Of a DNA stretch of 55,855 bases, positions 46,494 to 55,811 are shown piece after piece; positions within the stretch are counted from its first letter, which is position 1; each line of letters begins with the position of its first letter. Under the pieces are notes generated by a model that was not told the DNA's origin, searched no databases, and saw only the letters and a list, made by a program, of their open reading frames with translations. Both the position numbers and the translations under genes were made by a program. Where the stretch lies: the NCBI GenBank assembly GCA_964435065.1, contig CAYSXS010000004.1, forward strand, positions 1-55,855, written 5' to 3'. The stretch is from an uncultured Gammaproteobacteria bacterium (GTDB taxonomy: Bacteria; Patescibacteriota; Patescibacteriia; UBA2196).

Positions 46494-47216
46494 ATGGATT
46501 TTGAATCACAAGAAAAAAACGAAAATTTTGTTTTGAGATTAGGAGATAAGGCTAAGAAAATTAGTAGTGGAGAGGAAGGAGAGATAATTGCACTTGATAG
46601 AAGAAGTAATACTGTTAAATTTAAAAATACTCATGGAAATAAAATTCAACTTTGTAAATTAGAAGATTTTGAGCCAGTCTCCTATGGATTGGAGGGTTTA
46701 AATAAAGAAAAAGAAAATAATGTTGATTTGGATAGTTTTTTTAATTTATTACTTAAGAATTCAAGTACAGAAAAAAGAATAGAAAAGAATAAAAAATTAA
46801 TAGATGTTTTAAGTGAGATGGATGTTGGTACGTCTGATCTGGATGAATTGCAAAGATATTTAAGGTTACAAAGATCTGTTGAAGATAAATTTAAAAAAAT
46901 GGTTGCTCACAAAAAAGGAGAGAATTTTGATAATGAGAATTATGTGGAGTCAAAAAAAGAATGGGAAGATGCTAAGGGGTCACTTAAAGAATTTATGCCA
47001 TCGTCAGATTTATTAGAATTGAATCCCCAAGAAATTACAGCAGATACTCCAGGCAAAAGTGTTAATAAAATTATTCGTAAAGCTAATTTAGGTGCCTTAA
47101 GTGAAAATGAACGTGAAGGGTTATTAGATACTTTGGAAAGTTATTTTTATGTTATAAAGAAATCTGAGTTGAATGAACCAGAAAATGAAAATGAAGAAGC
47201 GAAAAAAGCAGCTTAA
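46494..47216 (+). CDS. Hypothetical protein
   Basis: 240-aa charged ORF; no recognised motif. Confidence 0.65.
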   Translation: MDFESQEKNENFVLRLGDKAKKISSGEEGEIIALDRRSNTVKFKNTHGNKIQLCKLEDFEPVSYGLEGLNKEKENNVDLDSFFNLLLKNSSTEKRIEKNKKLIDVLSEMDVGTSDLDELQRYLRLQRSVEDKFKKMVAHKKGENFDNENYVESKKEWEDAKGSLKEFMPSSDLLELNPQEITADTPGKSVNKIIRKANLGALSENEREGLLDTLESYFYVIKKSELNEPENENEEAKKAA

Positions 47217-47282
47217 TATTTATATTTAAAAACACTAAAAACCCTGATTACTCAGGGTTTTTTGGTTGATATATATAAAATA

Positions 47283-47879
47283 TTAAATTTTTATTCTTCC
47301 TTTAAAAGCATTAGCCAAAGTAACTTCATCTGCATACTCTAGATCTCCTCCTTGTGGTAATCCCCTAGCTAATTGAGTTATTTGTATATCATATTTCTTT
47401 AATAGTTTTGTTAGGTATAGGTTAGTTGTTTCACCTTCAATGGTTGGGTTAAGGGCTAAGATAATTTCTTTTATGCCGTTATTTTTAATTCTTTCTTCTA
47501 GCTTTGAAATATTTAACCTATCTGGAGTTATACCTTCTGTCGGATTTAAAATTCCATGTAACACATGGTATGTTCCATTAAATTGCTGGGCTTTTTCTAA
47601 AGGACCAATATCTGAACTTTCAGCAATAACACATATTATTGTTTTTTCCCTTTTGTTGTCAGAACAAATAGAACACAAGTCGCTTTCTGTTATTTGGCCA
47701 CATTGATTGCAGTTTTTAATATTATCCTTAATATGTGACAATGTATTAGCAAAATCTGCTAACGTATTTTTATCTTTTTTAAGTAAATAAAAAACTAACC
47801 GTTCAGCAGTTTTTTGTCCAATGCCTGGTAGGTTATTAAAATGTTGTATTAGGTTATTTATTGAAGTAGGGAAAGGCAT
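47283..47879 (-). CDS. recR: Recombination protein RecR
   Basis: LPGIGQKTAERL, C4 zinc finger, YHVLHG, ALNPTIEGETT. Confidence 0.97.
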   Translation of the reverse strand: MPFPTSINNLIQHFNNLPGIGQKTAERLVFYLLKKDKNTLADFANTLSHIKDNIKNCNQCGQITESDLCSICSDNKREKTIICVIAESSDIGPLEKAQQFNGTYHVLHGILNPTEGITPDRLNISKLEERIKNNGIKEIILALNPTIEGETTNLYLTKLLKKYDIQITQLARGLPQGGDLEYADEVTLANAFKGRIKI

Positions 47880-47882
47880 AAT

Positions 47883-48134
47883 TTACATCATCATTTGTTT
47901 TGCCATTAATTGTTGTACTTGTTGTACAGCACCATTAAAAACTTCTTTTAGAAGTTTTTCTTTATCTTCTTTGGAAAGAGAATCATCAATTTCAACAGAT
48001 AGAACTTCTTGTTTTCCATTCATTGTAATTTTGATTCCATCTTTTTCTAATTCGATTGTTTCTTCAGCAAGTTGTTTTTGCATTTCTTTTGCCTTTGCTT
48101 GAAGTTGATATAGATCTTTTAAGTTTCCTAACAT
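47883..48134 (-). CDS. ybaB: YbaB/EbfC nucleoid-associated protein
   Basis: QAKAKEMQKQL, ITMNGKQEV; adjacent to recR. Confidence 0.9.
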   Translation of the reverse strand: MLGNLKDLYQLQAKAKEMQKQLAEETIELEKDGIKITMNGKQEVLSVEIDDSLSKEDKEKLLKEVFNGAVQQVQQLMAKQMMM

Positions 48135-48160
48135 ATTTTTGTTTTTAATTATATATATAT

Positions 48161-50005
48161 TTATGAGATTATTTCAGGTGGTATATTACTTGTTGGCATT
48201 TTTGTTCTGTCATTAAAACATACTCTTTGTTCATCGAAAACAAGAGATGCTACGCCTGTTGGTCCATTTCTATGTTTTGATATGAAAATATCTGATTCAT
48301 TTTCTCTAGGAGTATCTTTCTTATAATATTTTTCACGATAGATAAACATTACAACATCTGCGTCTTGCTCAATAGAGTTATGGACAATAATATCATTTGC
48401 TATAAAATTATGTGTTCCAGGTACTTCTAAATCATAAACTGGTTGTTCGTTTAGTTCTGTAATACTTTTAATTTCGTCCCATTCAACCTTTTCCCCTACT
48501 TTATATATTTCATCTCCTTTTTCTTTTTTAGGTACCGCTATTTTTTCTCCAATTTTAAGTTTATCTAAACGCTTCCAGTCAAATAGAGTTTTAAAAGGGT
48601 GATTGGCAGAGGCTTTAATTAATCTTCCAGATGCAGTTATTAATTTATAAACAGTTTTCTTTCCGGAATAGAAAGCTTTTTTAACTTTTATCTTCTTAAT
48701 ATTAAAATTGTCATCCATAGAAAAAGTATAGAAAGCTTTTTTGTTTTTAGCTAAATCTTCCATTGTCCTGAATGTATTGTTTTGTATATCCCAAATTTTG
48801 GTATCTGCTGCTAAACAACCACTATCGCGAAGATCAGATAATTTAGGAATTGGGGGAGTTCTTGATTCAACTTGACGTGAAAGTTGAGATAATGCCAAGA
48901 CTGGTATATTTAATTCTCTAGCAATAGATTTTAATCCTCTAGATACTTCTGAAATAGCTTGGACACGGTTATCTTGATATGAACTGGTACTTTCCATAAG
49001 TTGAAGATAATCAAGCATTATCATTCCTAAACCTTTTTCTGCTTGTAATCTTCTTGCTTTTGTTCGTATTTCCATTATTGATCCAGTAACAGAATCATCA
49101 ATATATATTGGAGCTTCTGACATTTCTCCCATAGCATGTCCTAAACGAGAGAAGTCTGATTCACCCATTTCTTCTTTATCTGATAATTTGCCTGTACGTA
49201 ACTTCCATAGATTTACTCCAGATTCTGCACAAAGCATTCTTTCTACTAATTGTTCCTTTGACATCTCTAATGAAAATATTCCAACAGGGATTTTTTCTCT
49301 AACAGCCATATGTCTACAAATATCTAGAGCTAAAGTGGTCTTACCCATAGAAGGTCTTGAAGCTAAGATAACTAAATCAGATTTTTGTAATCCAGCTAAC
49401 ATATTATCCAAATCAGTAAAACCTGTTGGTATACCACGCATCTTTCCAGATTCTCGATGCATTTCATCAATTCTTTCAAAAGTGTCTGCTAATAGATCTT
49501 TTAATGGAGTAAACTTTTGTTTTAGGAATTTTTGTGAAACACCAAATAGTTTACTTTCGGCTTTGTCTAAAATTGTATCAACATCTTCTGCTTCTCCTTG
49601 GTGTCCAAGATGAACAATTTCTGTAGCTGTATTTATTAACCTTCTTAAGGTAGATTTTTTTTGAACTATGTGTGCATAGCTTACTACATGTGATGCTGTG
49701 GCTACACTGTTAGCTAGAGTGGTAATATATGATCTTCCACCAACATCATCTAAATCTTTTTTTTCTTGAAGTCTTGAAGTAACACCTAAAATATCTAAAG
49801 GTTGTCTTTTTTCATATAGGTCTAATATTGATTCAAATATTTTTCTGTGATCGTTTTTATAGAAATCCTCAGGTTTTAAAATATCAGCAATTTTTGTAAT
49901 TGCTTCTTGGTCAATTAAAATACATCCCAAAACTGATTGTTCAGCTTCTAGGTTCTGTGGTGGTAGTTTATCTGTATTACTTAATTTTGTTTTTTTCTCA
50001 GCCAT
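48161..50005 (-). CDS. dnaB: Replicative helicase DnaB with intein (ORF track start 50044)
   Basis: PPQNLEAEQSVLG, ASRPSMGKT, DYLQL, LSQLSR, LRDSG|intein|SIEQDAD. Confidence 0.97.
   Translation of the reverse strand: MAEKKTKLSNTDKLPPQNLEAEQSVLGCILIDQEAITKIADILKPEDFYKNDHRKIFESILDLYEKRQPLDILGVTSRLQEKKDLDDVGGRSYITTLANSVATASHVVSYAHIVQKKSTLRRLINTATEIVHLGHQGEAEDVDTILDKAESKLFGVSQKFLKQKFTPLKDLLADTFERIDEMHRESGKMRGIPTGFTDLDNMLAGLQKSDLVILASRPSMGKTTLALDICRHMAVREKIPVGIFSLEMSKEQLVERMLCAESGVNLWKLRTGKLSDKEEMGESDFSRLGHAMGEMSEAPIYIDDSVTGSIMEIRTKARRLQAEKGLGMIMLDYLQLMESTSSYQDNRVQAISEVSRGLKSIARELNIPVLALSQLSRQVESRTPPIPKLSDLRDSGCLAADTKIWDIQNNTFRTMEDLAKNKKAFYTFSMDDNFNIKKIKVKKAFYSGKKTVYKLITASGRLIKASANHPFKTLFDWKRLDKLKIGEKIAVPKKEKGDEIYKVGEKVEWDEIKSITELNEQPVYDLEVPGTHNFIANDIIVHNSIEQDADVVMFIYREKYYKKDTPRENESDIFISKHRNGPTGVASLVFDEQRVCFNDRTKMPTSNIPPEIIS
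48377..48817 (-). mobile_element. DnaB mini-intein (147 aa, no homing endonuclease)
   Basis: Cys1 CLAADT, block B ASANHPF, VYDLEV...HNF...VHN/S splice junction between LRDSG and SIEQD. Confidence 0.95.
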
Positions 50006-50154
50006 ATTCTTCTTTATCTTATCTTTTTTTATATTTAAAATCAATCGTTTCTTTACACAGTTTAGTGCACATTTTATGCACTTATTTGCATAAAATGTAA
50101 AAAGATGTTAGATTAATATTATTGATTTAGAGGGGTTATTTATTTTATTAAAAT

Positions 50155-50228
50155 GCGCCTATAGCTCAGCCTGGTAGAGCAACAGCCTTTTAAGCTGATG
50201 GCCGGGGGTTCAAATCCCTCTGGGCGCA
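50155..50228 (+). tRNA. tRNA-Lys(TTT)
   Basis: GCGCCTA/TGGGCGC acceptor, CTTTTAA loop, GGTTCAAAT T-loop. Confidence 0.95.
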
Positions 50229-50318
50229 AAGTTAAGAACCCTGAAAGGGGTTTTTAATTTTTATTTTTTTGTTTAATATGGTATAATTCGAATTAAAGAA
50301 CATCTTAAATGGTTTATT

Positions 50319-50702
50319 ATGAATTTTAAGAAATTAATTGACTATTGTTATTTAAGCTCTGAAAGAAAATGGAAGAGTGCTTCTTCTCTTTTGAAAAGTA
50401 AAAATTATTCAGATTGTTTGTTTTTCTGCCACTTAACTTTGGAATTTATATTAAAAGGGATGGTTGTAGAAAAGACAAAAAAGATGTTTCCAATAACTCA
50501 TGATTTGGAAGATTTGATTAGAAAAGCAGGTTTAAAAATTCCTCAAGAATTTAAAAAAGAATTAACAGTTATTAATACTTTTAATATTGCTGGACGCTAT
50601 GATGATTACAAGTTTGTTTTTTATAAAAAAGCAACACCAGATTATACAAAGAAGTATTATGAAATAACAAAAGAAATACTATTATGGCTAAAAAAACAAT
50701 AA
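50319..50702 (+). CDS. HEPN domain protein (HEPN-MNT pair)
   Basis: FFCHLTLEFILKG, THDLEDL, GRY motifs. Confidence 0.85.
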   Translation: MNFKKLIDYCYLSSERKWKSASSLLKSKNYSDCLFFCHLTLEFILKGMVVEKTKKMFPITHDLEDLIRKAGLKIPQEFKKELTVINTFNIAGRYDDYKFVFYKKATPDYTKKYYEITKEILLWLKKQ

Positions 50703-51016
50703 AATTAAAAGAAGCAAAGAAGTTTGCTAAAGAGTATTTATGCCATATTAAGGATGAATATGGTTTACCAATTAAATCAGCATATTTATTTGGTTCTTTT
50801 GTTAGTGGTAAGAAACGTGATTGGAGCGATATAGATGTATGTATAGTTTCTGAAAAATTTAAAAGAGTTGATCCATTAGTGTATTTATGGAGCAAACGTA
50901 GAGATATTGATATTGAGCGCGGTGTTGAGCCTGTTGGAATTCATCCGGATGACTTTGTAGAAGAAAATCCAATTGCTTATGAAGTGAAACATAAAGGGCT
51001 AGCTTTAAGGGTTTAG
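50684..51016 (+). CDS. Minimal nucleotidyltransferase (MNT)
   Basis: YLFGSFVSG...WSDIDV. Confidence 0.88.
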   Translation: MAKKTIKLKEAKKFAKEYLCHIKDEYGLPIKSAYLFGSFVSGKKRDWSDIDVCIVSEKFKRVDPLVYLWSKRRDIDIERGVEPVGIHPDDFVEENPIAYEVKHKGLALRV

Positions 51017-51057
51017 ATAGTAAGGTTATTAAATAAAAATGTTTTTAGATTTATAGA

Positions 51058-51405
51058 ATGAATAAAAACTTTTTTAAAATTTTTGTGGTTTTAATATGGC
51101 TTTTAGTCATATTTTCATTATCTTCAATTCCAGGTAATAGTTATCCATCTGGATCTTTTGATTATGGCTTTATTGCTCATCTAGTAGAATATTTTGTTTT
51201 AGGATTTTTAATTGTTAGAGCAATGGGTAAATATACCTTCAAGAAGTTGCTTTTCACTATTATCTTCTGTTCGCTTTTTGCTATCTTTGATGAGATATAT
51301 CAATCATTTATTCCTTTTAGAAACGTTAGTGTTTTAGATTGGATGTTTGATATGATTGGTATTCTTTTAGGTATTGCTGGTTTTTGGTTTAAGAAAAAGA
51401 TATGA
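51058..51405 (+). CDS. VanZ-family membrane protein
   Basis: AHLVEYFVLG, DEIYQSFIPFR, DWMFD. Confidence 0.85.
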   Translation: MNKNFFKIFVVLIWLLVIFSLSSIPGNSYPSGSFDYGFIAHLVEYFVLGFLIVRAMGKYTFKKLLFTIIFCSLFAIFDEIYQSFIPFRNVSVLDWMFDMIGILLGIAGFWFKKKI

Positions 51406-51935
51406 AGAAGTTTTTGTTACATATTTGTTGTGCTACTTGTGCTGGGCATGTGATACAAAAATTACAAGAAAGTGGTTTTAATATAACTGCTTTTTTTTAT
51501 AACCCAAATATACATCCTAAAGAGGAATACATTAGAAGAATGGAAGATGTTAAACAATATTGTTTAAACAATTCAGTAGAATTTATTGAAGGGGATTATG
51601 ATACAGATAAATGGTTTGAATTAACTAAAGGACTGGAAAAAGAGCCTGAAGGAGGCAAAAGGTGTGAAGTATGTTACAGAATAAGGTTAAAAGAAACAGC
51701 TGAATATACTAGAAAGTATGATTTTAATGCTTTTGGTACAACTTTAACAATATCTCCACATAAAAAAGCAGATATTATCAATCCTATTGGTAAAGATCTG
51801 GGCAATGAGTTTAATATTACTTTTTATGAAGCTGATTGGAAAAAACAAGATGGTTTTAAATGTGCTTGTGAAATAGCTAAAAATGAAGGATTTTACAAGC
51901 AAAATTACTGTGGATGTGTGTACTCTAAGAATTAG
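51402..51935 (+). CDS. queH: Epoxyqueuosine reductase QueH (DUF208)
   Basis: LHICCATC, YNPNIHP, EGGKRCxxC, TTLTISPHK, QNYCGC. Confidence 0.9.
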   Translation: MKKFLLHICCATCAGHVIQKLQESGFNITAFFYNPNIHPKEEYIRRMEDVKQYCLNNSVEFIEGDYDTDKWFELTKGLEKEPEGGKRCEVCYRIRLKETAEYTRKYDFNAFGTTLTISPHKKADIINPIGKDLGNEFNITFYEADWKKQDGFKCACEIAKNEGFYKQNYCGCVYSKN

Positions 51936-51982
51936 AGTATTTTTTGTTTGTTTTAATGGAATATGATATACTTTAGGTAATT

Positions 51983-52318
51983 ATGACTAAGGATAAATGG
52001 CTAGATTTATTACAAATAATGGAGGGAAAGTTTAGTATTGATGAACATTTTAAAGAGGGTTTAGGTAATGACGAATCAGGAGAAAAAGATGTGGTAATTT
52101 TTAATTCTCCTGTATTAGGTAAGGTCAGACTAGAATGGGTTGAAAGGCCAAGGTTTTTAAGGGAAAATACAAAATATTCTCGTAGGATAGGTTCTGATGT
52201 GAAAGTTGAGAAGGTATATGATGAAAATGATAAAGTGTCATATATTCAAGCATTTAAATGGGATGAACCAGGACAGGACTGGGAAGAGATTGAAGTAGAA
52301 AAAACTTTTAGTTTTTAA
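51983..52318 (+). CDS. Conserved hypothetical protein (CPR-type)
   Basis: Clean ORF with promoter-like TGaTATACT upstream. Confidence 0.65.
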   Translation: MTKDKWLDLLQIMEGKFSIDEHFKEGLGNDESGEKDVVIFNSPVLGKVRLEWVERPRFLRENTKYSRRIGSDVKVEKVYDENDKVSYIQAFKWDEPGQDWEEIEVEKTFSF

Positions 52319-52352
52319 TCTAATTTTAATATAATCTTTTAATATTTTATTT

Positions 52353-52661
52353 ATGTCAAAAAAGTTTAAATCAATTATTCAGAAATTAAAATCGTATAAA
52401 CCGGATAAGGTAATTTTATTTGGCTCGCATGCTTGGGGTAGACCAAATAAAGATTCAGACATTGACCTGTTGATTATTAAAGACACAAAACAAAGTCATT
52501 ACAAAAGAGTACCAGAAGTTAGAAAAAAATTAAATAGTTTTAATTTTGCTTTTGATGTTTTAGTTTTAACGCCTAATGAATTAAATAGAAATTTAAAAGC
52601 AAATAACTTTTTTTTTCAGGACATTGTGAAAAAAGGCAAGGTTTTATATGAAAAAAGATGA
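52353..52661 (+). CDS. Minimal nucleotidyltransferase (MNT)
   Basis: ILFGSHAWG...DSDIDLLII, DVLVLTP. Confidence 0.88.
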   Translation: MSKKFKSIIQKLKSYKPDKVILFGSHAWGRPNKDSDIDLLIIKDTKQSHYKRVPEVRKKLNSFNFAFDVLVLTPNELNRNLKANNFFFQDIVKKGKVLYEKR

Positions 52662-53043
52662 CCATAATTCATATGAAAGGTGGTTAAAAATTGGTGAGAA
52701 TGAATTTAAATTCGCTAGAACTGCCTTAAAAGAATTTGGTGCTTTTTATCCACAGATTTGTTTTTAGTTTCAACAAGCAGTTGAAAAATATTTGAAAGGT
52801 TTTCTGGTTTACCATAATAAACGTTTCCCAAAAATTCATGATCTAAGCCAGCTTTTAAAGTTATGTGCTAAAATTGACAAAAACTTTTTAGATTATTTAG
52901 ATGAAACAGCTTTTTTAAGCCAATTTTATTTAATAGCTAGATATCCTGTTTTAGATTATCCAGAAGCTGGCAAGACAGAAGCACTTGAATCTTTGAAATG
53001 CACTGAGACAATCATTAAATTTGTTAAAAATATAATTAAATAA
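52648..53043 (+). pseudogene. HEPN domain gene with one in-frame TAG (codon 40, 52765-52767)
   Basis: MKKDDH...WLKIGENE...ICF*FQQAVEKYLKGFL...KIHDL...ARYP; the ORF track shows only the 3' part. Confidence 0.85.
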
Positions 53044-53046
53044 TTT

Positions 53047-53397
53047 GTGAATCATATGTTTAAAAAAAGTAAATTATCTATTGGACAAAGAAATTTACGA
53101 TGGGGAATAGTAGCTGGTATAGCTCAAAGTGCTTTTATTGGTCTTGTGGCTCTTTTAATGAATTCAATTCAGAGCTTAGGGCAAGAACCTTTGGGTGGTT
53201 TTGTAACTAGCTTTTTGTTTTTCTTGTTATTCTTTGTCTTATCTGCAGTAATCTCAGCTACCTTTGTGTTTGGTAGACCAATTTATTTAATAATGGAGAA
53301 GAATTTTAAGGAAGCTGTTTTGACTTTGTTATCAACCATTTTAACTTTGTTGGTTATGACCTTCATCGTATTGTTTTTAGTTTTTAGTTTAATTTAA
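53047..53397 (+). CDS. Hypothetical membrane protein (3 TM)
   Basis: Hydrophobic segments; VFGRPIYL motif. Confidence 0.7.
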   Translation: MNHMFKKSKLSIGQRNLRWGIVAGIAQSAFIGLVALLMNSIQSLGQEPLGGFVTSFLFFLLFFVLSAVISATFVFGRPIYLIMEKNFKEAVLTLLSTILTLLVMTFIVLFLVFSLI

Positions 53398-53407
53398 ATA
53401 GAAAAGT

Positions 53408-53563
53408 ATGTTTATAGGTTTCATATTAATAGCCCTAGGCGTCTTATTCCTATTACAAAACATTGGAGTTTTGAATGAGGCTACTTGGGGTATTGTTTGG
53501 CCAATTTTAATCATTGCCTTAGGTTTGAGTATGGTTTTCAAAAGAGGTAAAAGATTAATGTAG
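53408..53563 (+). CDS. Small 51-aa membrane protein (LiaF/LiaI-TM, DUF5668-like; not in ORF track)
   Basis: MFIGFILIALGVLFLLQNIG...WPILIIALGL. Confidence 0.75.
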   Translation: MFIGFILIALGVLFLLQNIGVLNEATWGIVWPILIIALGLSMVFKRGKRLM

Positions 53564-53666
53564 GACAGATAGATATATCAATGAAAATATGTTTAAATGT
53601 TATTCATATATATAATTAACACTTAAGTGTTAAGTTTTAATATTTTTTAAAAATTAAAATAAAATT

Positions 53667-55811
53667 ATGATGGAAGAAAATACTCATATTCCTAAGCAGG
53701 AATTTACTAACCCGCCCAGTTCTCTTGAACCAAATGCATTAAAGCAAGACGTCGAAGAAAGTCTTCTTTATTCAAAATATGCAGAAGATGGTCCTAAAAA
53801 GAGTAAATGGTGGAAAACCTTAATTTTTATCATTGTTGGTGTGTTAATTTTAGGTGGTATAGGATATGCAGGTTATTGGGGATATTCTACATATATAACT
53901 ACTTCACCAGAAAAAGTATTGTTTAAATCTTTTGAAAAGATGAAAGATGTAAATGCTTATGCTTATGAAGCTGTTGCTAGAGTTAAAGTGCCAGTTGATT
54001 TAAGTGATTTAGAAGATGATCCAATTGGAATTCTAAGTGGTATGCTTTCTGGAGATTCAATGGAAATACGTTTGACAATGGTTGGCGCTGCAGATGGCAC
54101 TGACGAAGAGAATGTAAAAAACAAGATGAGTTTAGAGCTGAGTGCTGGAGATATGTTTTCTTTGGGTGCAAAAACCATGAGTGTGAATAACACTTTGTAT
54201 TTTAATATTGATAGGATCCCTATTATCTTCAGTATGTTTATGGATCTTTCAGACATTAAAGATAAATGGGTAAAATATGATGTAGATAAACCTTTAGAAA
54301 CAACTCTTGATTTACCAGAGTTTGATAAGAATAAGAGGGAAGAAATTACAGAGAAAATAACAGAGATATTGGAAGAGGATATATATAAGATATTTGAAGT
54401 TAGAGAAGATTTTGGAGTTGAATCTTTAGATGATGTAGATGGTAAAGTCTTCCATTATGAAATTGGTTTTGACAGAGTTAACACAGAACTTTTATTAAAT
54501 CGTATTAAAAATGAAGTTGACAGTGAATGGAAAGATGGTTTTGACGATATGTTGGAGGAAATGGATGGTAAATTTTGGAATGAAGTAGAAAAAAGAAGTT
54601 TTGATGTTTGGATTGGGAAAAAAGACTATTATCTTAAAAAAGTAGAATTTAAAACTAGTTTTGAAAACCCTTTAGATCAAGCTAGTGGATCGTCTCAAGA
54701 TGCTAGGAGAATTTCAGATATTAAACAAATTCAAACAGGTTTAGAAATGTATTTTAATGATGCAAATAGTTATCCTATATCGCCAGATCCAGTAGTGCTT
54801 GGTGTAGGTAATTTAAAATCAATATGTTTTTCTGCAACTAGCGCAACAGGTTTTCTTGCTAATCCTAATGATTGTTCAAGTAATATATATATGAGATCAA
54901 TGCCTTCAGATCCTGGAGGTGGACAATATCTTTACCAAAGTTTTGATGGAAAAAGTTATACCATTGATTTTGTAATAAACTCCAATGTGGCCGGATTTGA
55001 AGCAGGTATGTTATCTGCTAGTCCAAGCGGTTTAACCCAAGAAACAGCTATAGAAGAAAAAGAAGAAGAAGATAGAGATACATCTAATGATATAGAATTT
55101 ATGTTTAGTTTATTAATGAAGGATTTTAACAAGCCAGTTGAAATCCAAGAGCCAGAAGACTTTACTACAGCAGAAGAATTTTTAGAAAATATGATGGGTG
55201 GTTTAATGGGTGGCGCAGCTAGCGCACTTGGTAATGCTAGAGAAAAATCTAGAGATGCCAGAAGAACTTCAGATATTAAACAGATTCAAACAGCTCTTGA
55301 GATGTATTACAATGATCAAGTTAAATATCCAGCTGTGAGTAATCCAGTAGTTTTGGGTAAAGGAAATTTTCAAGTTCTTTGTGGTAGTGGTTTTCAAACT
55401 ACTAGCAAATCCTGTGACATAACATATATGGCTGTGATTCCAAGTAATCCAGAACCAGGAGGACAAGATTATTTATATAATTTTATAGATAACAGTCATT
55501 ACATAATAACTTTTGCTCTAGAAGAACCAATGGCTGGTTTTAAAGAAGGTAAATTAGAGGCCAATCCTTCAGGATTTCATCAACCTACACCTGCAGGAGA
55601 AGAACCAAATATTCATGATTTTTTTGAAGAGGAAGATTTGTTTGATGATGAAATAGGGTCCGGAGATAGTGATGGTGACGGATTATCTAATGAAGAAGAA
55701 ATAATTATTTGGGGAACAGATCCAAATAATCCAGACACAGATGGAGACGGATATTTTGATGGTGATGAAGTAGAGAAAGGATATAACCCAAATGGAGAAG
55801 GTCGCATTTAG
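53667..55811 (+). CDS. Membrane-anchored protein with two type IV pseudopilin-head-like domains and a C-terminal TSP3-like repeat
   Basis: TM; (Q/R)DARRxSDIKQIQT(G/A)LEMY(F/Y)ND...YP twice; DSDGDGLSNEEE, DTDGDGYFD. Confidence 0.75.
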   Translation: MMEENTHIPKQEFTNPPSSLEPNALKQDVEESLLYSKYAEDGPKKSKWWKTLIFIIVGVLILGGIGYAGYWGYSTYITTSPEKVLFKSFEKMKDVNAYAYEAVARVKVPVDLSDLEDDPIGILSGMLSGDSMEIRLTMVGAADGTDEENVKNKMSLELSAGDMFSLGAKTMSVNNTLYFNIDRIPIIFSMFMDLSDIKDKWVKYDVDKPLETTLDLPEFDKNKREEITEKITEILEEDIYKIFEVREDFGVESLDDVDGKVFHYEIGFDRVNTELLLNRIKNEVDSEWKDGFDDMLEEMDGKFWNEVEKRSFDVWIGKKDYYLKKVEFKTSFENPLDQASGSSQDARRISDIKQIQTGLEMYFNDANSYPISPDPVVLGVGNLKSICFSATSATGFLANPNDCSSNIYMRSMPSDPGGGQYLYQSFDGKSYTIDFVINSNVAGFEAGMLSASPSGLTQETAIEEKEEEDRDTSNDIEFMFSLLMKDFNKPVEIQEPEDFTTAEEFLENMMGGLMGGAASALGNAREKSRDARRTSDIKQIQTALEMYYNDQVKYPAVSNPVVLGKGNFQVLCGSGFQTTSKSCDITYMAVIPSNPEPGGQDYLYNFIDNSHYIITFALEEPMAGFKEGKLEANPSGFHQPTPAGEEPNIHDFFEEEDLFDDEIGSGDSDGDGLSNEEEIIIWGTDPNNPDTDGDGYFDGDEVEKGYNPNGEGRI

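Noticed and set aside
21951-53043. Genetic-code reassignment to explain in-frame stops in two TA genes
   Set aside because: The two stops differ (TAA and TAG), both codons terminate normal genes here, TGA also serves as stop and RF2 is present; point mutation is simpler.
321-55807. Many short ORF-track entries antisense to or overlapping long genes (e.g. 321-539, 1678-1941, 9177-9449, 15448-15780, 39634-40245, 49188-49613, 53963-54256)
   Set aside because: Shadow ORFs of well-supported genes on the other strand or frame; no motifs or independent expression signals.
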